Below, piece by piece: positions 27,269-41,465 of a stretch of 64,000 bases of DNA. The notes under the pieces were generated by a model. That model had not been told where the DNA came from, made no database searches, and saw only the letters and a program-made list of their open reading frames with translations. Numbering within the stretch: the first letter of the stretch is position 1; each line of letters starts with the position of its first letter. Origin of the DNA: Octopus sinensis (taxonomy: Eukaryota); the NCBI RefSeq assembly GCF_006345805.1, contig NC_043000.1:82398001-82462000 (forward strand), given 5' to 3'. The position numbers and the translations under genes were made by a program.

Positions 27269-27959
27269 AACATTAAAGATATAGTTGACATTGTTGTTTA
27301 ACCTCAGGTCAGCCCTGATTCATTGATGATGTTCCATCCATGATCATCTCATATTTTAGTGTATCTAGATTTATACTGTCAAACAGTTATAATTCATTAT
27401 TTGTTGAACCTAATTAATTACTCTGAAATCCAATAATACGGCAACTCTAATGTTCGGGACAGGAATCTAAATCTCTGGCAGTAATTTGTTTGAATGGTAG
27501 TGTCTTGGCCAACTGTGACGTCCCATATTATGTATATCCGTATCAGCTGATTGGCGATGGTTGATGCTGCTATAGAGTTGTCAGCTTGTTAAAATAACAG
27601 TGCGGGTTACAAATGGTATTTTGCGTACTCCAGTTTATGTATGCGAGTTACATAGATGTTTATCAGAATTGTTAGACAGCCTTCGACAACAGAAGCTTCG
27701 TATGAGAAGTAGAGAGCAATGGTAAGAGACATCAGCATCGAGCTGTTTGGGTTATGCATCGCTATATTCGCTGGCATGCATTCTTTTATGTCTAGCACTT
27801 GGCACAAAGTACACCAGTTTCAGTGTTACAACTATATGGAGAAATTAAGTAGATTCTGCGTTGACTGGATCCATTTGAAACAAATTCTTTATGCAGGTTG
27901 TTCACTAACAAATCTTTTACATTTCTCTTTAATTCAAAGCCGTCGTTGTCATTGTGTTG

Positions 27960-29300
27960 GTCTGTTACGATGAGAGAAACCCTGCCACTTCAATAGTCTC
28001 ATCGCTCTTCAGAATAGTATAGACGTGTACAGTGGTGTCCTTGCGATTGTCCAAGCGACTGCATCTTAATCTTTGTTACTGTGGCCTCATACGTCATTGT
28101 CGACGCGAGAGTCTATCAAGATCATGATTATCATGCATGTGTACATATGTGTACACACATACACACATCCTCACCCTCACACTCCTCCCACACACACGTT
28201 CAAACATTAAAATACATACACTGATGAAGTCCAGTGACATCCAACTAAACGACACACGAGCATATAAAAATTTGATATATACAAGAGATAGCAATCAAAT
28301 AATGCAAATTCTTACACGCATCGAATTCCATGCTCACTATACCCTCTTCTCTCACTCTTATATACATCCATCACATACACTTACACTCAGCTTCACAAAA
28401 TACATACCATTTTGTCACTTTGCCACACGCATATAACATACACAGGCACACCATTACGCACACTTAACACGCATACACTGACTTTTAACACACATTAAAA
28501 CACTCTCACTGGTTATTCTCACACACAAATACCCCTCTTTGACTATTTGTTCTGATCTGCACATTTGAATTACCCACATTTATTTCCCCTTCCACTTGTC
28601 ACTACACCTTGACCGCTACTGATATGACTGCCACTTAATACTCACACACACAATCATTCTTACATACTTCTACCATTTACTTCCCTTTGCATCAGCTCTT
28701 CTCTCAAACTGACTACTTTTGTTCTTCGCTCCTTTTTCCGTCTGCCATTCTCCATCGCTCCGATAGTACGAGTGCATCAAATTTTTACGTTTACGTTTTT
28801 TGCCTTCTCACACCTTTGCTATTTCGCGTTCTTCCAGGACCGTTTTCCATTTCTTTGGGCTCTTGCTACCTTTTTCGACTTTTAATCATATCTTGGAATC
28901 TTGGAAACTTTTCTAGGACTTTTTATTCTGTATTAGATTTTCAGCTTTTCGAAAATTTTAATCTTTCGCTTTAAAAGAAAATCCCTGTCACCCAAATATG
29001 CTTCTATTCATGCACATAGACTCTCGTAAACAACCTCGTTCACTTTGCACATGTCTCCTTACAGTACCTTCGCGAAACCTTTAGTCTAACACACACGCCT
29101 GGGCCCTTATACACCCTTACATGGTATTCACACCATCCACGAACATTTACACACACACATCTACATTTCTTACACACCACTAACCAATACGATCAAATTT
29201 ATCAGCCTACATACATCTATACACATACACACACCCACCACCACACACCTCTTCATCACATACCAATATTCCCGCTTCAACACACAAAAATATTCTGACA
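27960..29300 (-). mobile_element. Possible PLE 3' relic: GT-rich (minus strand) tract ending in a decayed hammerhead-like motif
   Basis: Minus strand is TG-rich like 21950-22720 and 32065-33090; at 27960-28012 CTGAAGA is followed by stem GCGATGAGA/TCTCATCGT but GAAA is lost. Confidence 0.35.
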
Positions 29301-29522
29301 TATGCATCAGCAAACTCATCTCTCCTCCCTACTTCACTCCTTCAGAGAATCGGATTCCCCTGATTATGAATGATTCACTTTCACTCGCGTACTTTCCTCA
29401 CTGCATTCACTATTTCTTTCTTTTTCTCTTTCTCTCTCTCTCTCTTTCTTTTTTCTCTCCCTCTCTCTCTCTCTCTCTCCTGTTTCTTACCCTCTCTCTA
29501 CCTCTCTCACTCCGACATTTCT

Positions 29523-29565
29523 TTTTTTCTGATGAAGTGTCAATATCGAAACGTTATAAAATCTA
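29523..29565 (+). ncRNA. Decayed minimal hammerhead motif
   Basis: TTTTTTTT-CTGATGA-AGTGTCAATATC-GAAA-CG-TT-ATAAAA; core and ACGT palindrome present, stems I and II imperfect. Confidence 0.35.
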
Positions 29566-29699
29566 ATACCATATCCTTCATACTTTCTTTGACGTACTTC
29601 TGTTTATCTTTATATATATATGTGTGTGTGTATGTATGTATGTATGTATGTATGTATGTATGTATGTATGTATATATGCATATATATGTATGTATATAT

Positions 29700-29867
29700 A
29701 TAGGGAGAATTCACAAAAAAAAAAACAAAAGACGAAGACAGGTGGTGTAGACAACAAACAGATGTATTAGTTTAACGCTCGGGAAGTGAAGAAGTCTTTA
29801 CCGTTTCTAGGCTACGCTCTTTCTCAGAAGGAACACAGAAAGAAACAAGGAGAGAAAAATAGAAAAA

Positions 29868-29870
<3 letters not shown>
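29700..29870 (-). mobile_element. Possible PLE terminal repeat relic with a decayed hammerhead-like motif
   Basis: Minus strand at 29795-29830 reads CTTCTGAGAAAGAGCGTAGCCTAGAAACGGTAAAGA; lies downstream of a TG-rich minus-strand tract (about 30250-30900). Confidence 0.35.
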
Positions 29871-30146
<276 letters not shown>

Positions 30147-30204
30147 ATATATGCATACATGCATATACATATATGTGTGTATATATATACCTACATACAT
30201 AAAT

Positions 30205-30245
<41 letters not shown>

Positions 30246-30925
30246 TCTGTGCATATATGCATATATGTATGCATATATGTATGCATGTATGTATGTCTAT
30301 GTATATGGGTAGCACATATGTGCAGGATAAATGAATATAATTCTGTAAACACACACATATACACATCCATACGCAGACACACACATACACACTTATAAAT
30401 GCAAAATACTTCCATATAAGCATACACACATGCATTCAAACATGTAAGCATAGATGCATATACATACATACATAGGCATACATACATACACACACATACA
30501 TGTCTGAAACTGTTACACAAAGATGGCATTTACTCTCTCCACTGACACATGTCAATGACATTTACTGACACCTTACACACATGCACCTCCTTCCCCATTC
30601 CTCCTTCCCCATACACACACACATACACACATTGTCAGGCACATTTACACACACAAATAGACACACATTCATACGCTCATAGTACAAACACACATACGTA
30701 CACACAATCATTGACGCATGAGCATATGAAATCATCTGTGTATTTGATCTATATCGACACTCGAGCAACAGGGAGGAAAGCTCACCTACATCAAGAAATA
30801 TGCACATACATACGTCTATACATATGTACATGCATACACATGGACGTATGTACATGCTCCGATGCCTATATCTATCTATACATATGTGGGTGTGCGTAAG
30901 TGTGTGAGTGTGTTTGTGTGTGTGC

Positions 30926-30965
<40 letters not shown>

Positions 30966-31155
30966 TAATAATAAATATTAGGGAATATATCCAAATTTAC
31001 AGGGAAAAAAAAAAAAAAAAAAAATCAGATTTAGGATTAAATCCATTTTATAGTAAAATATTATAAATATTATTTGAGACAAAACCACTATTTTGCAAAA
31101 CAAACAAGGAAAGACTTAATCAATACATAAAATTTAATAAATAGTCAAAAAAACC

Positions 31156-31198
31156 GCCATACAATCGTTTCTTGTCTTGATCGACAATCTTCAGGTGG
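31156..31198 (-). ncRNA. Inverted copy of the hammerhead with a 1-nt stem I deletion
   Basis: Minus strand CCAC-CTGAAGA-TTGTC-GATCAA-GACAA-GAAA-CGATTG-TA-TGG (GTGG in the other copy). Confidence 0.6.
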
Positions 31199-33220
31199 AC
31201 TTCCAATCTAAAAATCAAAATTTTAAAATATAAAAATAATACTTTTAAATAATTAAGTATAAATGAAAAAATATAAGTATATAATCCATATATAACCTAT
31301 ATATAATCCATATCGAAAATATAGACTAATTACCACGAATTCCCTAAAAAAAACCATGATAAAACAAAACCATGATAAAACAAAACTCTTAAAAACCCCA
31401 TCACTACACTTAATGTATACTCTCACCCATCCGCACGGATGTGTAAGTGTATCTCCGGTGTATATGTTGAGGCTTATATGTAGAGTTGTTGAAGTGAACG
31501 TCGTTGAAATTGTGAATGAATGGGTAGAGTTGGGAATTGTAACGGGTGGTGGACTAGTGTTGCTTGGAATTGTGAATGGATTAGGGTGGTAATGAGGTAG
31601 GCATTGAGTATGGGTTACTGTAAGTTGTTTGTTAGAGTTGCTAGGGTGAGCTAAAGCTCATAATGTATATAATTGATTTTTCATGATTGTTTTAAAGAAT
31701 CCATTCATAATAAATTTTTTTAAGTAGCGTTGGTTTGCTACGTGGAAATAGTTTTAGTTCCAATTATATTTCTCCATTCATACTATGAATGACGTTACTT
31801 TCTATGGCGCGTATTCTTTTTTTACATTAGTTATTTCCATGGTAAAGTAATTTTGTTTGGTTTTTTAACGGATAAAAATCTAATTTCACTTCATAATTTG
31901 TAACTGAATTGTAAGTATGTATTTGATTTATCCTTATGTCATAATGTTATTTTTGATATTCTGGTTAATTACGATGTATTTATTGTTGTTTTCATAAGAG
32001 TGTTTATGTATATGAGATTGGTTGTGAGTTTTTAATTGTATAATTAATTTATTTATCTGTATGAGTGTGGGTGTAAATATTGTTGTATATATCGAGGTTT
32101 TAGTGAGTATGTATATGCGTATATGTGAGGGAGCATATGTATCTGTTGTGTGTGTGTGTTTGCGTGTGTGTGTGTTTGTGTGTGAATGTGTATTTGGGTT
32201 TGTTATTTAGGATTTGGGATGTATGTGTTAATTGTCTGTGTGGGGAGGGAGTGGTTTTTGGTGTATATTGAGGTTTATAAGTTAGTATAGGTTGTGTATA
32301 AGTCTTGGGTCTGTGGTTACGTGTGGGTTTTTTGTGTGTGAATGTTTAGGTTAGGGGGATTGCTATATAAGTTTGTTATAGGGTTTAGCAAAGGGAGATT
32401 TTATCGTTATATGCTTTTATGAGTTTTGGTTTATCATGGTTTTTTTAGGTAATTTGTGGTATTTTGTATATTTTAGGTGTTGGTTATTTTTTTACATTGT
32501 TTCATTCATAATTTTTGAGTGGTGTTCGTTTTGCCACGTGAATAACCGGGTGGTGGACTAGCGTTGCTTGGAATGTGAATGGAATAGTGTAGTAGTGAGG
32601 TAGGCATAGAGAATGGGATTGGGTTACTGCAAGTTGTTTGTTAGAGATGCTAAGGTGAGTTAAAGCTCATAAATGTATATAATGTTTTTTGTGGGTGTGT
32701 AAGTATTGTTGTATATGTCGAGTTTAGTGAGTATGTATAGGCGTATATGTGAGGGAGTATATGTATCTTTTGTGTGTGAGTGTTTTGCGTGTGAGTGTGT
32801 GTTTGTGTGTGAATGTGTATATGGGTTTGTTATTTAGGTTTTGGGATGTATGTGTTAATTTGTCTGTGTGGGGAGGGAGTGGGTTTTGGTGTATATTGAG
32901 GTTTATAAGTTAGTATAGGTATGTGTATAAGTCGTGAGTTTGTGGTTTACGTGTGTGTATTTGTGTGTGAATGTTTAGGTTAGGGGGTTACTTATAGGTT
33001 TGTTATAGAGTTTAGCAAAGGGAGATTTTATCGTTATATGTTTTTAAGAGTTTTGTTTTATCATGGTTTTTTTAGGGAATTCGTGGTAATTAGTCTATAT
33101 TTTCGATATGGATTATATAGGTTATATATGGATTATATACTTATATTTTTTCATTTATACTTTAATTATTTAAAAGTATTATTTTTATATTTTAAAATTT
33201 TGATTTTTTAGATTGGAAGT

Positions 33221-33263
33221 CCACCTGAAGATTGTCGATCAAGACAAGAAACGATTGTAGTGG
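33221..33263 (+). ncRNA. Minimal type I hammerhead ribozyme
   Basis: Stem I CCAC/GTGG; CTGAAGA; stem II TTGTC/GACAA; GAAA; near-palindromic stem III CGATTG; GUA triplet with predicted cleavage after 33259. Confidence 0.75.
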
Positions 33264-33535
33264 CGGTTTTTGACTATTTATTAAATTTTATGTATTGATT
33301 AAGTCTTTCCTTGTTTGTTTTGCAAAATAGTGGTTTTGTCTCAAATAATATTTTATATATATATTATATATTATATGTATGTCTGTATATATGTATGTAT
33401 GTATATATTATATATCTATATATATATTATATATATATTATATATATATGTATGTATGGATATATTGTATGTATGTATATATATAATATATATATATATA
33501 CACAAAAACATATTTATATATGTATGTATGTATAC

Positions 33536-33593
<58 letters not shown>

Positions 33594-33823
33594 GCACACA
33601 TAACACACTCGCATGTATGATATATATATTTTATATATGTGTGTGTGTACACGCTTATATGCGTGTATAAGCAGTTTTATATGCTGGGTACGTAGTGATG
33701 AAATCACGTTCATTTTTAGTCAAGGATGTTAGGTAAAAAAAGCCGAAAAGATAAAAATCATAGCTTGATACTGAGATGGGGAGAAAGAAGTAGAAAAAAC
33801 AAAAAGGTACGATGCATATATAT

Positions 33824-33879
<56 letters not shown>

Positions 33880-36272
33880 GTATATAAGTATAAATATGAA
33901 GAGGAAGTTTGTGTGTATTTGCCTCCGTGTGTGCGTCCGTCTGTCTGTGTAAGCGTGTACTAAGAACAGAGAACAGTTATGTTAGCGCGTCGTGTGGGAG
34001 TAGAAACAGATAATTGAAGTAAAAAAAATGGTGTTTGAAATATGAAAGCGTTGACATCAATCATGTAAACAGAATGAATTTTACGCGCAGAAATGAAACA
34101 AACGATATTCAACTGCTACAAGTTAACTATGAAGCATTACGTAACATCTTGCTAAGTCTGTGAATATGGCTTTTTATGTTAGTTGCAATGATATCGTAAA
34201 TACCACACGCTGGACATTTATTATTTGACTCGTCTCTTTCTCTTTATGAGACAGCTATGGCCGTTTGGTTTCTATGTTTACATCGCAAACATACGTCTAG
34301 TAGTTCGATCTTACTTCGCAACAAGTATAAGCATCGGCAAATGCCTTTCTAGTTCAGTCTAGGGTTGACCAAAATTTTATGAGCTGCAAATTCCTCAGAA
34401 CCTGGCGATAGTATGTGCATGTATGTGTTTGTGCATGTATGGGGGTGGGGGTAAGAGAGGAATAGATAATACTTCCCAGGCCATATCAACAATCTCATTA
34501 GAGATACTTAGGAAAAATCAATATTACCTCGATGACTAATATTTTAATCGCTGAAGAGGTATAATAATACCGACACCTTTCCAGAGTTGTTTCCCGTTGT
34601 TGCGGAATGATTAATATTAGTCATTGCGCAAAAGCTGCTTATTCCTCGCCAATATTTCTATAAGATGCTCATTTCATTCAATAGTTAAACTCTTAAGCAC
34701 CCTATTGTTTATCATGTTAAAGTGTCACTGAATACTAATCTCAGTGATTTCTACCTTTTAACGATATTTATTCGCTGAACGTTTATCTCATCATGTAGAC
34801 TGTAACTCTCACCATGTATGTAACAATATCGTAGCTATATAATACTCTACACAATATATCTGCTATCCAAAACATGTTTTCTTTGCATTTCGTTTCCCTC
34901 TTAATAAATTATTATACTGAATTTGTTTTTACGTTTTCTGCATTTGAAGTAGTACTTCAGAAGTAAAAGCTTATAATCATTTTATCTCGTAGTTTTCGTC
35001 TAGCCTATGCTTTTTCATTCATGAATTTGGTAGACACAATATTTTTGGTATTAGTTAATTTTACTGTATTAAAATACTGCTCAAACATCTGAATCCAGGA
35101 AAAAAGTCATGAGGATTAAAAAAGCACCAACAAGTACACTTTCATAACTTGTCTGTTGCTTGACGTAAGACCAACAAGACTGTAGCAGAGTTTCTTCATG
35201 ATGTTGGTTGGACGTTCTTTATGAACGTTCTGGTTGAAAATTGTTCATTGCGTTGGTTTCTTCATGGCGTTAGTTTCTTCATGGCGTCCGTCTTAACCAG
35301 CATTAAAAATTCTGAATATACATGTAAAGCCACGATACTATGCAAGGTGTTTTCAATCTGTACATGTCATGTAAATGACGCTTAATTTTTTTTTTTTGCT
35401 TCATTATCTAACTTTGCTTAAGAAACTGAATAAAAGATTGTTGGTTTTTTTGTGTGTGTTTTTTGTTGATTTTTTAAACATATGTGTAAAACCATAATAC
35501 ATAAATTACGTACAAGTCATGTACTACCAGTTAGTAACTGATTTAAAATATTTTTTTCTTTTATAACTACAACTGTTTATCGTATTTAAATAAAATGTGA
35601 CTTTTTCCTCGAGCCAGAATTACACTGTGTAATGCAATTTTTGTCCTTACGTAGCAACTGTTATTTCCTATTTGCTTACCTCTAGAAAGTATGGAAAGTG
35701 GCTAATATTTTCTTCAAAATTTTCCTTTGTTACATTTATTCAAGCCCCAAAGAATCTGTCTCAACACAAGGCTTTGATACTCTCCCACTACTTCTGTTCA
35801 TGATCAATAAGGAACATGCTCAAGTGGTTACGGTCGAGCAAGTGACAAGCAAGTTTGTGGTATTGAACAGCATATTTGTTATAACGATATTTCTGCTTCA
35901 GCAAATCAGCGCTGAAACTGTTTGAAATGTAACGAAAAATAGGTCAGTTTCAAAACATAGATGTCCAGGTCACAAAAGCAGAGTTTGAAGCGAATAGCAG
36001 TCATTTCTTTTGATTTCCACATTGAAGCAAATACGAAATAACACTTACTGACCAAAATTACCAAAGATTAAAAAAAAAAGTAAATAAAAATTTTATTACA
36101 GATTGTTATGACCTTTTTTTCAGTGGCATTTTTTCCTGACTTTTTTTTTCTACACACCACATACTTGCCTATTAACACTCAGTTGACCAGCATCATCGTG
36201 GAAATGATTTTGTAGGCTACACTTGCTAACTTCTAAATGTGATATATTAAAAACTTTTATATGTGATAATAT

Positions 36273-36482
36273 TGGCTTCAAATTTTGGTACAAGGCCTCC
36301 AATTTCGGGACAGGGGTTAAATAGATTACATCGACACCATTGTTCAACTGGTACTTATTTTTATCGAACCTGAAAGGATGAAATATCAAGTCGACTTCGG
36401 CGGAATTAGAACTCAGAAAGTAAAGACGGACGAAAAGCCGCCAAGAATTTTACCCGGAATGATCAACTCGACGGAATCTTGC
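36273..36482 (-). mobile_element. SINE family B
   Basis: TTCAAATTTTGGTACAAGGCC...GATTACATCGAC...CAACTGGTACTTATTTTTATCGA...GTCGACTTCGGCGGAATTAGAACTCAGAA. Confidence 0.75.
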
Positions 36483-37047
36483 GTAACCAATGTTAAACTT
36501 TTGTCTGTTTTGTCTATCACATGTGACACCTAGGACATATTTCTCTGGCCTCCATACATCATATTTGATACACATATCCCCACCACCTTTTATTTTCATC
36601 GGAGTAGCTCAAGATTTATGAAAGGAAAGCATTATATTACTCAGAACGTATGAAACGAGGGCTAAAAGATTCAAAGCAAGCATGGACGTTTATGAAAAAC
36701 GACTTATGAAAATGCTTTGGATAGAATGATAAATTCCTTGAATCAGATGCAGAAACCACTAATAATGAAAACTAATCATCCAGCTACAATTGATTCGAAA
36801 ACTAGAGTGAAGGAGTGTATTTGTGAGTGTCTGTTCCAACAGAAGACGGTGATGATGGTGGTGGTGGTGGTGGTTGTGGTGGTGGTGGTGGTGGTGGTGG
36901 TGGTGGTGGTGGTGGTGGTGGCGGTGATGATGAAGCATATGTGCTTATAAGAACGAACAGACATGAGTTCATATAGAAATGCACACACACACACACACGC
37001 ACATATATGCATTTACACGCATACACGCATACACTCACATTCATATA

Positions 37048-37104
<57 letters not shown>

Positions 37105-37681
37105 GCATGTTTTTGCACATGCACATATTAACTGACCTCTGGCCAAAATGCGTAAAATGTCTCCGACAAAGGGCGCTGTGTGGACGCACTGAATCAGATT
37201 GACCAATACGGAGACGGTTCATTATAGAAAACGAAATATAAAAAAAAAACGGAAGATAGCACATAAATACATACATGAATACTGATTGTGTGTGTGCATA
37301 TATTTGCATGTATTAGCAATGCAATATGTTCTGAGGCACGCACGTGCGCAAACATCTACATTGTCTTCTTTCAGACATACGAGCCATCTGCACTGTGTAC
37401 ATGCATATACACTCAGAGAAACACACATATATACATGCATACATACATACATACATACATGCATACATACATACATACATACCTACATACATACATACTA
37501 CTACATACAAACGTACATACATGCAAGCATCCATCCATACCTACACTTATATATGTATGAATAAATATATGTATGTGTATATGAATATATATAATATATG
37601 TGTGTGTGTGTATGCATGTATATATGTGTATATACACACACGCACATATATAAACATATATAAGCACATATACATACACAC

Positions 37682-37737
<56 letters not shown>

Positions 37738-38178
37738 TATATATATATATGCATATATGTGTGTGTGTGAGTATGTCTGTGTGTGCATTTGTATATATTT
37801 ATAGATATACAAATATGTACACATACGCTATATTATTTATATACAAGTATTTATGCATAAATATATGTAATATGTATGTATATTATACATATATTATACA
37901 TACATATATGTAAATGTGAATATGTATTACACACACACGTATATATATATGAATGTATATTACACACATACACACGCGTATATATATATTCACACACACA
38001 CACATATATATATATAGATGTATTTATACATACATATGTATATGCATACAAATATAACTACATATATATCTGCGTTGGCACACACATACACACATTATGT
38101 GTATGACGAGTTTGTAAGATTTTCTTTTTCTATTATATGTGTGCCTATTTTTATTCCACTTGATGTATTTTTCATATG

Positions 38179-38227
<49 letters not shown>

Positions 38228-38656
38228 ACAGGCTTGACATATCTTCTAAGTTTATGTGCGCACACATATATACAGATGCATCTTACACTCAGTATTATAC
38301 ATATACAAAAGTTCACGCGTATGAACCCCAACACACACACTCACGCAAACACACACACACACACACACACATGCTTCTGTACATATACGCATATGTATAA
38401 CAATGAGTAAGTCTCGCGCGTCGCTAATGTATCTCAGCGATTTGTGTGGCGGGACTATGTGTACATGTGTATGTATCTGCTGTGCGTGTGTGTGTGTGGT
38501 GTGTTTGTGTGTGTCTCTGGTGTGGTGTGTGTGTGTGTATGCGTGTGTGTGTGTGTGTTTGTAAATGTACGTTCACAGGTCTCCTGTGTGTATTTGATGT
38601 GATAGTTTGTATTTGTGTATATGTCTATACATTGTGTAGGTTGTGATATGTGTGTG

Positions 38657-38700
<44 letters not shown>

Positions 38701-38726
38701 TATATATATATTCATCTCTCTCTCTC

Positions 38727-38781
<55 letters not shown>

Positions 38782-39512
38782 TATAGAGAGAGAGAAATAT
38801 ATAAGGAGCAAAAATATTAGAGAATCAGTAACCACGTGGCAAAATTATGAAGTGAAAATATGTTGAAAACATATATGTTATATATATATATATATATATA
38901 TATAAATGAATGTATATATACATATATATATACATTATATACATGCACATCTATACATATACGTGTATGTGTAAATATCCATATGTGTATATGTGTACGT
39001 GCATAAATATATGTAATTATGTACAATTAACAAAACAGCCATGTCTATGATTTCAGCAAATTTAATTACAAGAGAGTTTATTTTTGTTGTTGATTTTTTT
39101 GTCTTTTTTTGTTCGTTTTTTTTTTTTTATAATTCTAAAACACTGACACTCTTCTTTATTCGTTTTGGAGTTTTAAAACCAATATGGCTTCCACGGTCAT
39201 ACCGCTTTGTATTTGACGTTTTGACTGTCTCCAATTCATTCATTATGAACGAATCATTTAATAGACTAAACAAAAAACGTCAGCAATGTATGTCAACTGA
39301 AATGCTGAATTCTTTTTTTTTTTTTATGTATCTAAAGCATACACACAATGTGTGTATGTGTGTGTATGTATGTTTGGGCGTTCGTGCGTTTGTGCGTGCG
39401 TGCGTGTGCGTGTGTGTGCGCGCGTACGTGTGTGCGTGCGTGTATGTGTGTGTGCGCGCGTGCATGCGTGCGTGTGTGTGTGCGTGTGCGTATGTGCATG
39501 TATGTGTGTGTT

Positions 39513-39616
39513 TGCTTTACTGGTTTTATTTTTTTAATTTCTCACCAATAAAGGAAGAGCCGATTTCTAACAAAACTCTTTCATTGGAATTTAGAGAACA
39601 TCGACAGGGTAGCCTT
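39513..39616 (+). mobile_element. Short (TATG)n-tailed element, copy 1
   Basis: CCAATAAAGGAAGAGCCGATTTCTAAC...TTCATTGGAATTT...ACAGGG then (TATG)n; related to 41276-41389 and 57653-57761. Confidence 0.55.
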
Positions 39617-40364
39617 GTATGTATGTATGTATGTATGTATGTATGTATGTATGTATGTATGTATGTATGTATGTATGTATGCATGTATGTATGTATGTAT
39701 GGATGTATATATGTATGTATGTATGTATGCATGAATGTATGTATGCATGCATGTATGTATGTTTGTATGTATGTTTGTATGTATGTATGTATGTATGTAT
39801 GTATGATGTATGTATGTATGTATGTATGTATGTATGTTCTTTTGGGGGAGGCAAGTGCATACGTGGTTTAGAAAGTGGCATTGGTCTTGTACAAAGCCTT
39901 TTTTCACTTTAAAAGCTTCAGGCACAGCTTGATTTTTAACATCTCTGTTACGTACTGCATTTTCTGGTTGGCCTCAGTCGAGAACAACAAATGCTCAATG
40001 GAAAACTCCATGAAGGAATGAAGACATGTATCTGTGTGAGTGTAACTCTCTGAACACCTGTTGCAAGAAGCGCCCATCGTTGCGACGTCTGTGCAAAAGA
40101 GTGTAGGTCCCTCGAAGGAGTGATAAAAGCCACCATCCGAACCGCTGTAAGAAAATAATTAAGCAACGACATAGCTCGGAATCGAGTTGCAACCATCATT
40201 CGTATAGGTACGTACGTATGCATCCATGTATGTATACAAATATTCTTGCATATATATGCATGTGTGTACACATGAATACATGTACGTATGTAGTCATACA
40301 CCTATGTCAATATACACATATGCGCAGGCATGGATGCCACGTGAGTCCTATTACATGTTGAATT

Positions 40365-40830
40365 TCTTAACATTTTACATATTTTCACAGCATCTTTCCT
40401 AGTTTGTAGCGGTATTATTCTGACGAGGCGTGTCTTGTCTGGTTGTATGAACCCTAGCTTTCAAACATTAGTACTGAGGCAGTTTATCATGTGTAAAGCA
40501 CTCTAATAATTATTGCTAGAAATCTAAAGTTATAGTCCGAACGGAGTCACTATAGATTTCTCATTTGTTCACCGTTGATGTTTTCTTCATAATCTTTAAC
40601 ATTATGTTAGCATTTGCTGGGACTCTGATTTCAACTATTGTGCTTTGTTTCTTTTCTCTGTGCCAGACCATTATGTCGAATATGTCGGGTGTATTTTTGC
40701 ATTTCAACGAAGTTTTCCGCCAGCATTCTTTGAAACCATGTGCATCATTGGAGCTTCTTACATTTGTCTCCTAAGAATAATCTTTCACTTCATTACAGAA
40801 TAGATTTACTCCACTTTCGTACGAATTTAG
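40365..40830 (-). pseudogene. Older R4/Dong-type RLE domain relic
   Basis: Minus-strand frames give NTPDIFDIMVWHREKKQSTIVEIRVPANANIMLKI, MRNL..LRSDYNFRF and VKICKM, colinear with the 41489-42052 ORF. Confidence 0.65.
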
Positions 40831-40932
40831 GCGCATTCTTCTCTCGTATGCGAGTATATGCAAATACACACGCACACACACTCACATGCATGTTAGTGTG
40901 TGTGTGTGTGTGTGTGTGTGCCTTTGCGTTTG

Positions 40933-41125
40933 TCTCCTACCACTTGACAGCTGGTATTGGTTTTTTTACATCTCTCTAACATAGTGGTACGGCAAAAGAA
41001 AACGGTAAAATAAGCACCAGACTTAAAACGAAGTACTGGGGTCGATTTGTTCGACTAAGCCCTCCAAGTAGGTACCCCAGCATGGCTGCAGTCCAATGAG
41101 TGAAACAAGTAAAAAAAATAAAAGA
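40933..41125 (+). mobile_element. SINE family A 3' half
   Basis: CCACTTGACAGCTGGT...GGGGTCGATTTGTTCGACTAA...CCCCAGCATGGCTGCAGTCCAATGAGTGAAACAAGTAAAA. Confidence 0.75.
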
Positions 41126-41275
41126 CAAACATACATACATACATACATATATACATACATACATACATACATCCATACATACATACATACAAACATACAC
41201 ACAAACATACATATACGTATATATATGTGTGTGTGTTTCTGTATGAATATATAAATGTATGAGTAGGTACGTATG

Positions 41276-41389
41276 TCGTTATTCAGTTTTATTTCAAGAT
41301 TGCTCGCCAATAGAGAAAGAGCCGGTTTCTAACTTAGATCCAAGACTCCTTCATTGGTATTTAAAGATCAACAACAGAGCATTTTGTTT
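41276..41389 (+). mobile_element. Short (TATG)n-tailed element, copy 2
   Basis: TATTCAGTTTTATTTCAAGA..CGCCAATAGAGAAAGAGCCGGTTTCTAACTTAGATCCAAGACTCCTTCATTGG...AACAGAGCATTTTG then (TATG)n. Confidence 0.65.
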
Positions 41390-41465
41390 GTATGTATGTA
41401 TGTATGTATGTATGTATGTATGTATTATGTATGTATGTATGTATGTATGTATGTATGTATGTATG

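Larger units (their letters stand above)
31062..33357 (+). mobile_element. Non-coding element with approximately 320-bp inverted terminal repeats carrying a hammerhead (candidate non-autonomous PLE)
   Basis: 31062-31396 is the reverse complement of 33040-33357; internal repeats 31545-31680 ~ 32549-32690 and 32065-32465 ~ 32690-33090; no RT ORF seen. Confidence 0.7.

Noticed and set aside
40565-40800. Plus-strand exon or hydrophobic ORF after a strong pyrimidine tract
   Set aside because: It is the antisense of the decayed R4 RLE domain.
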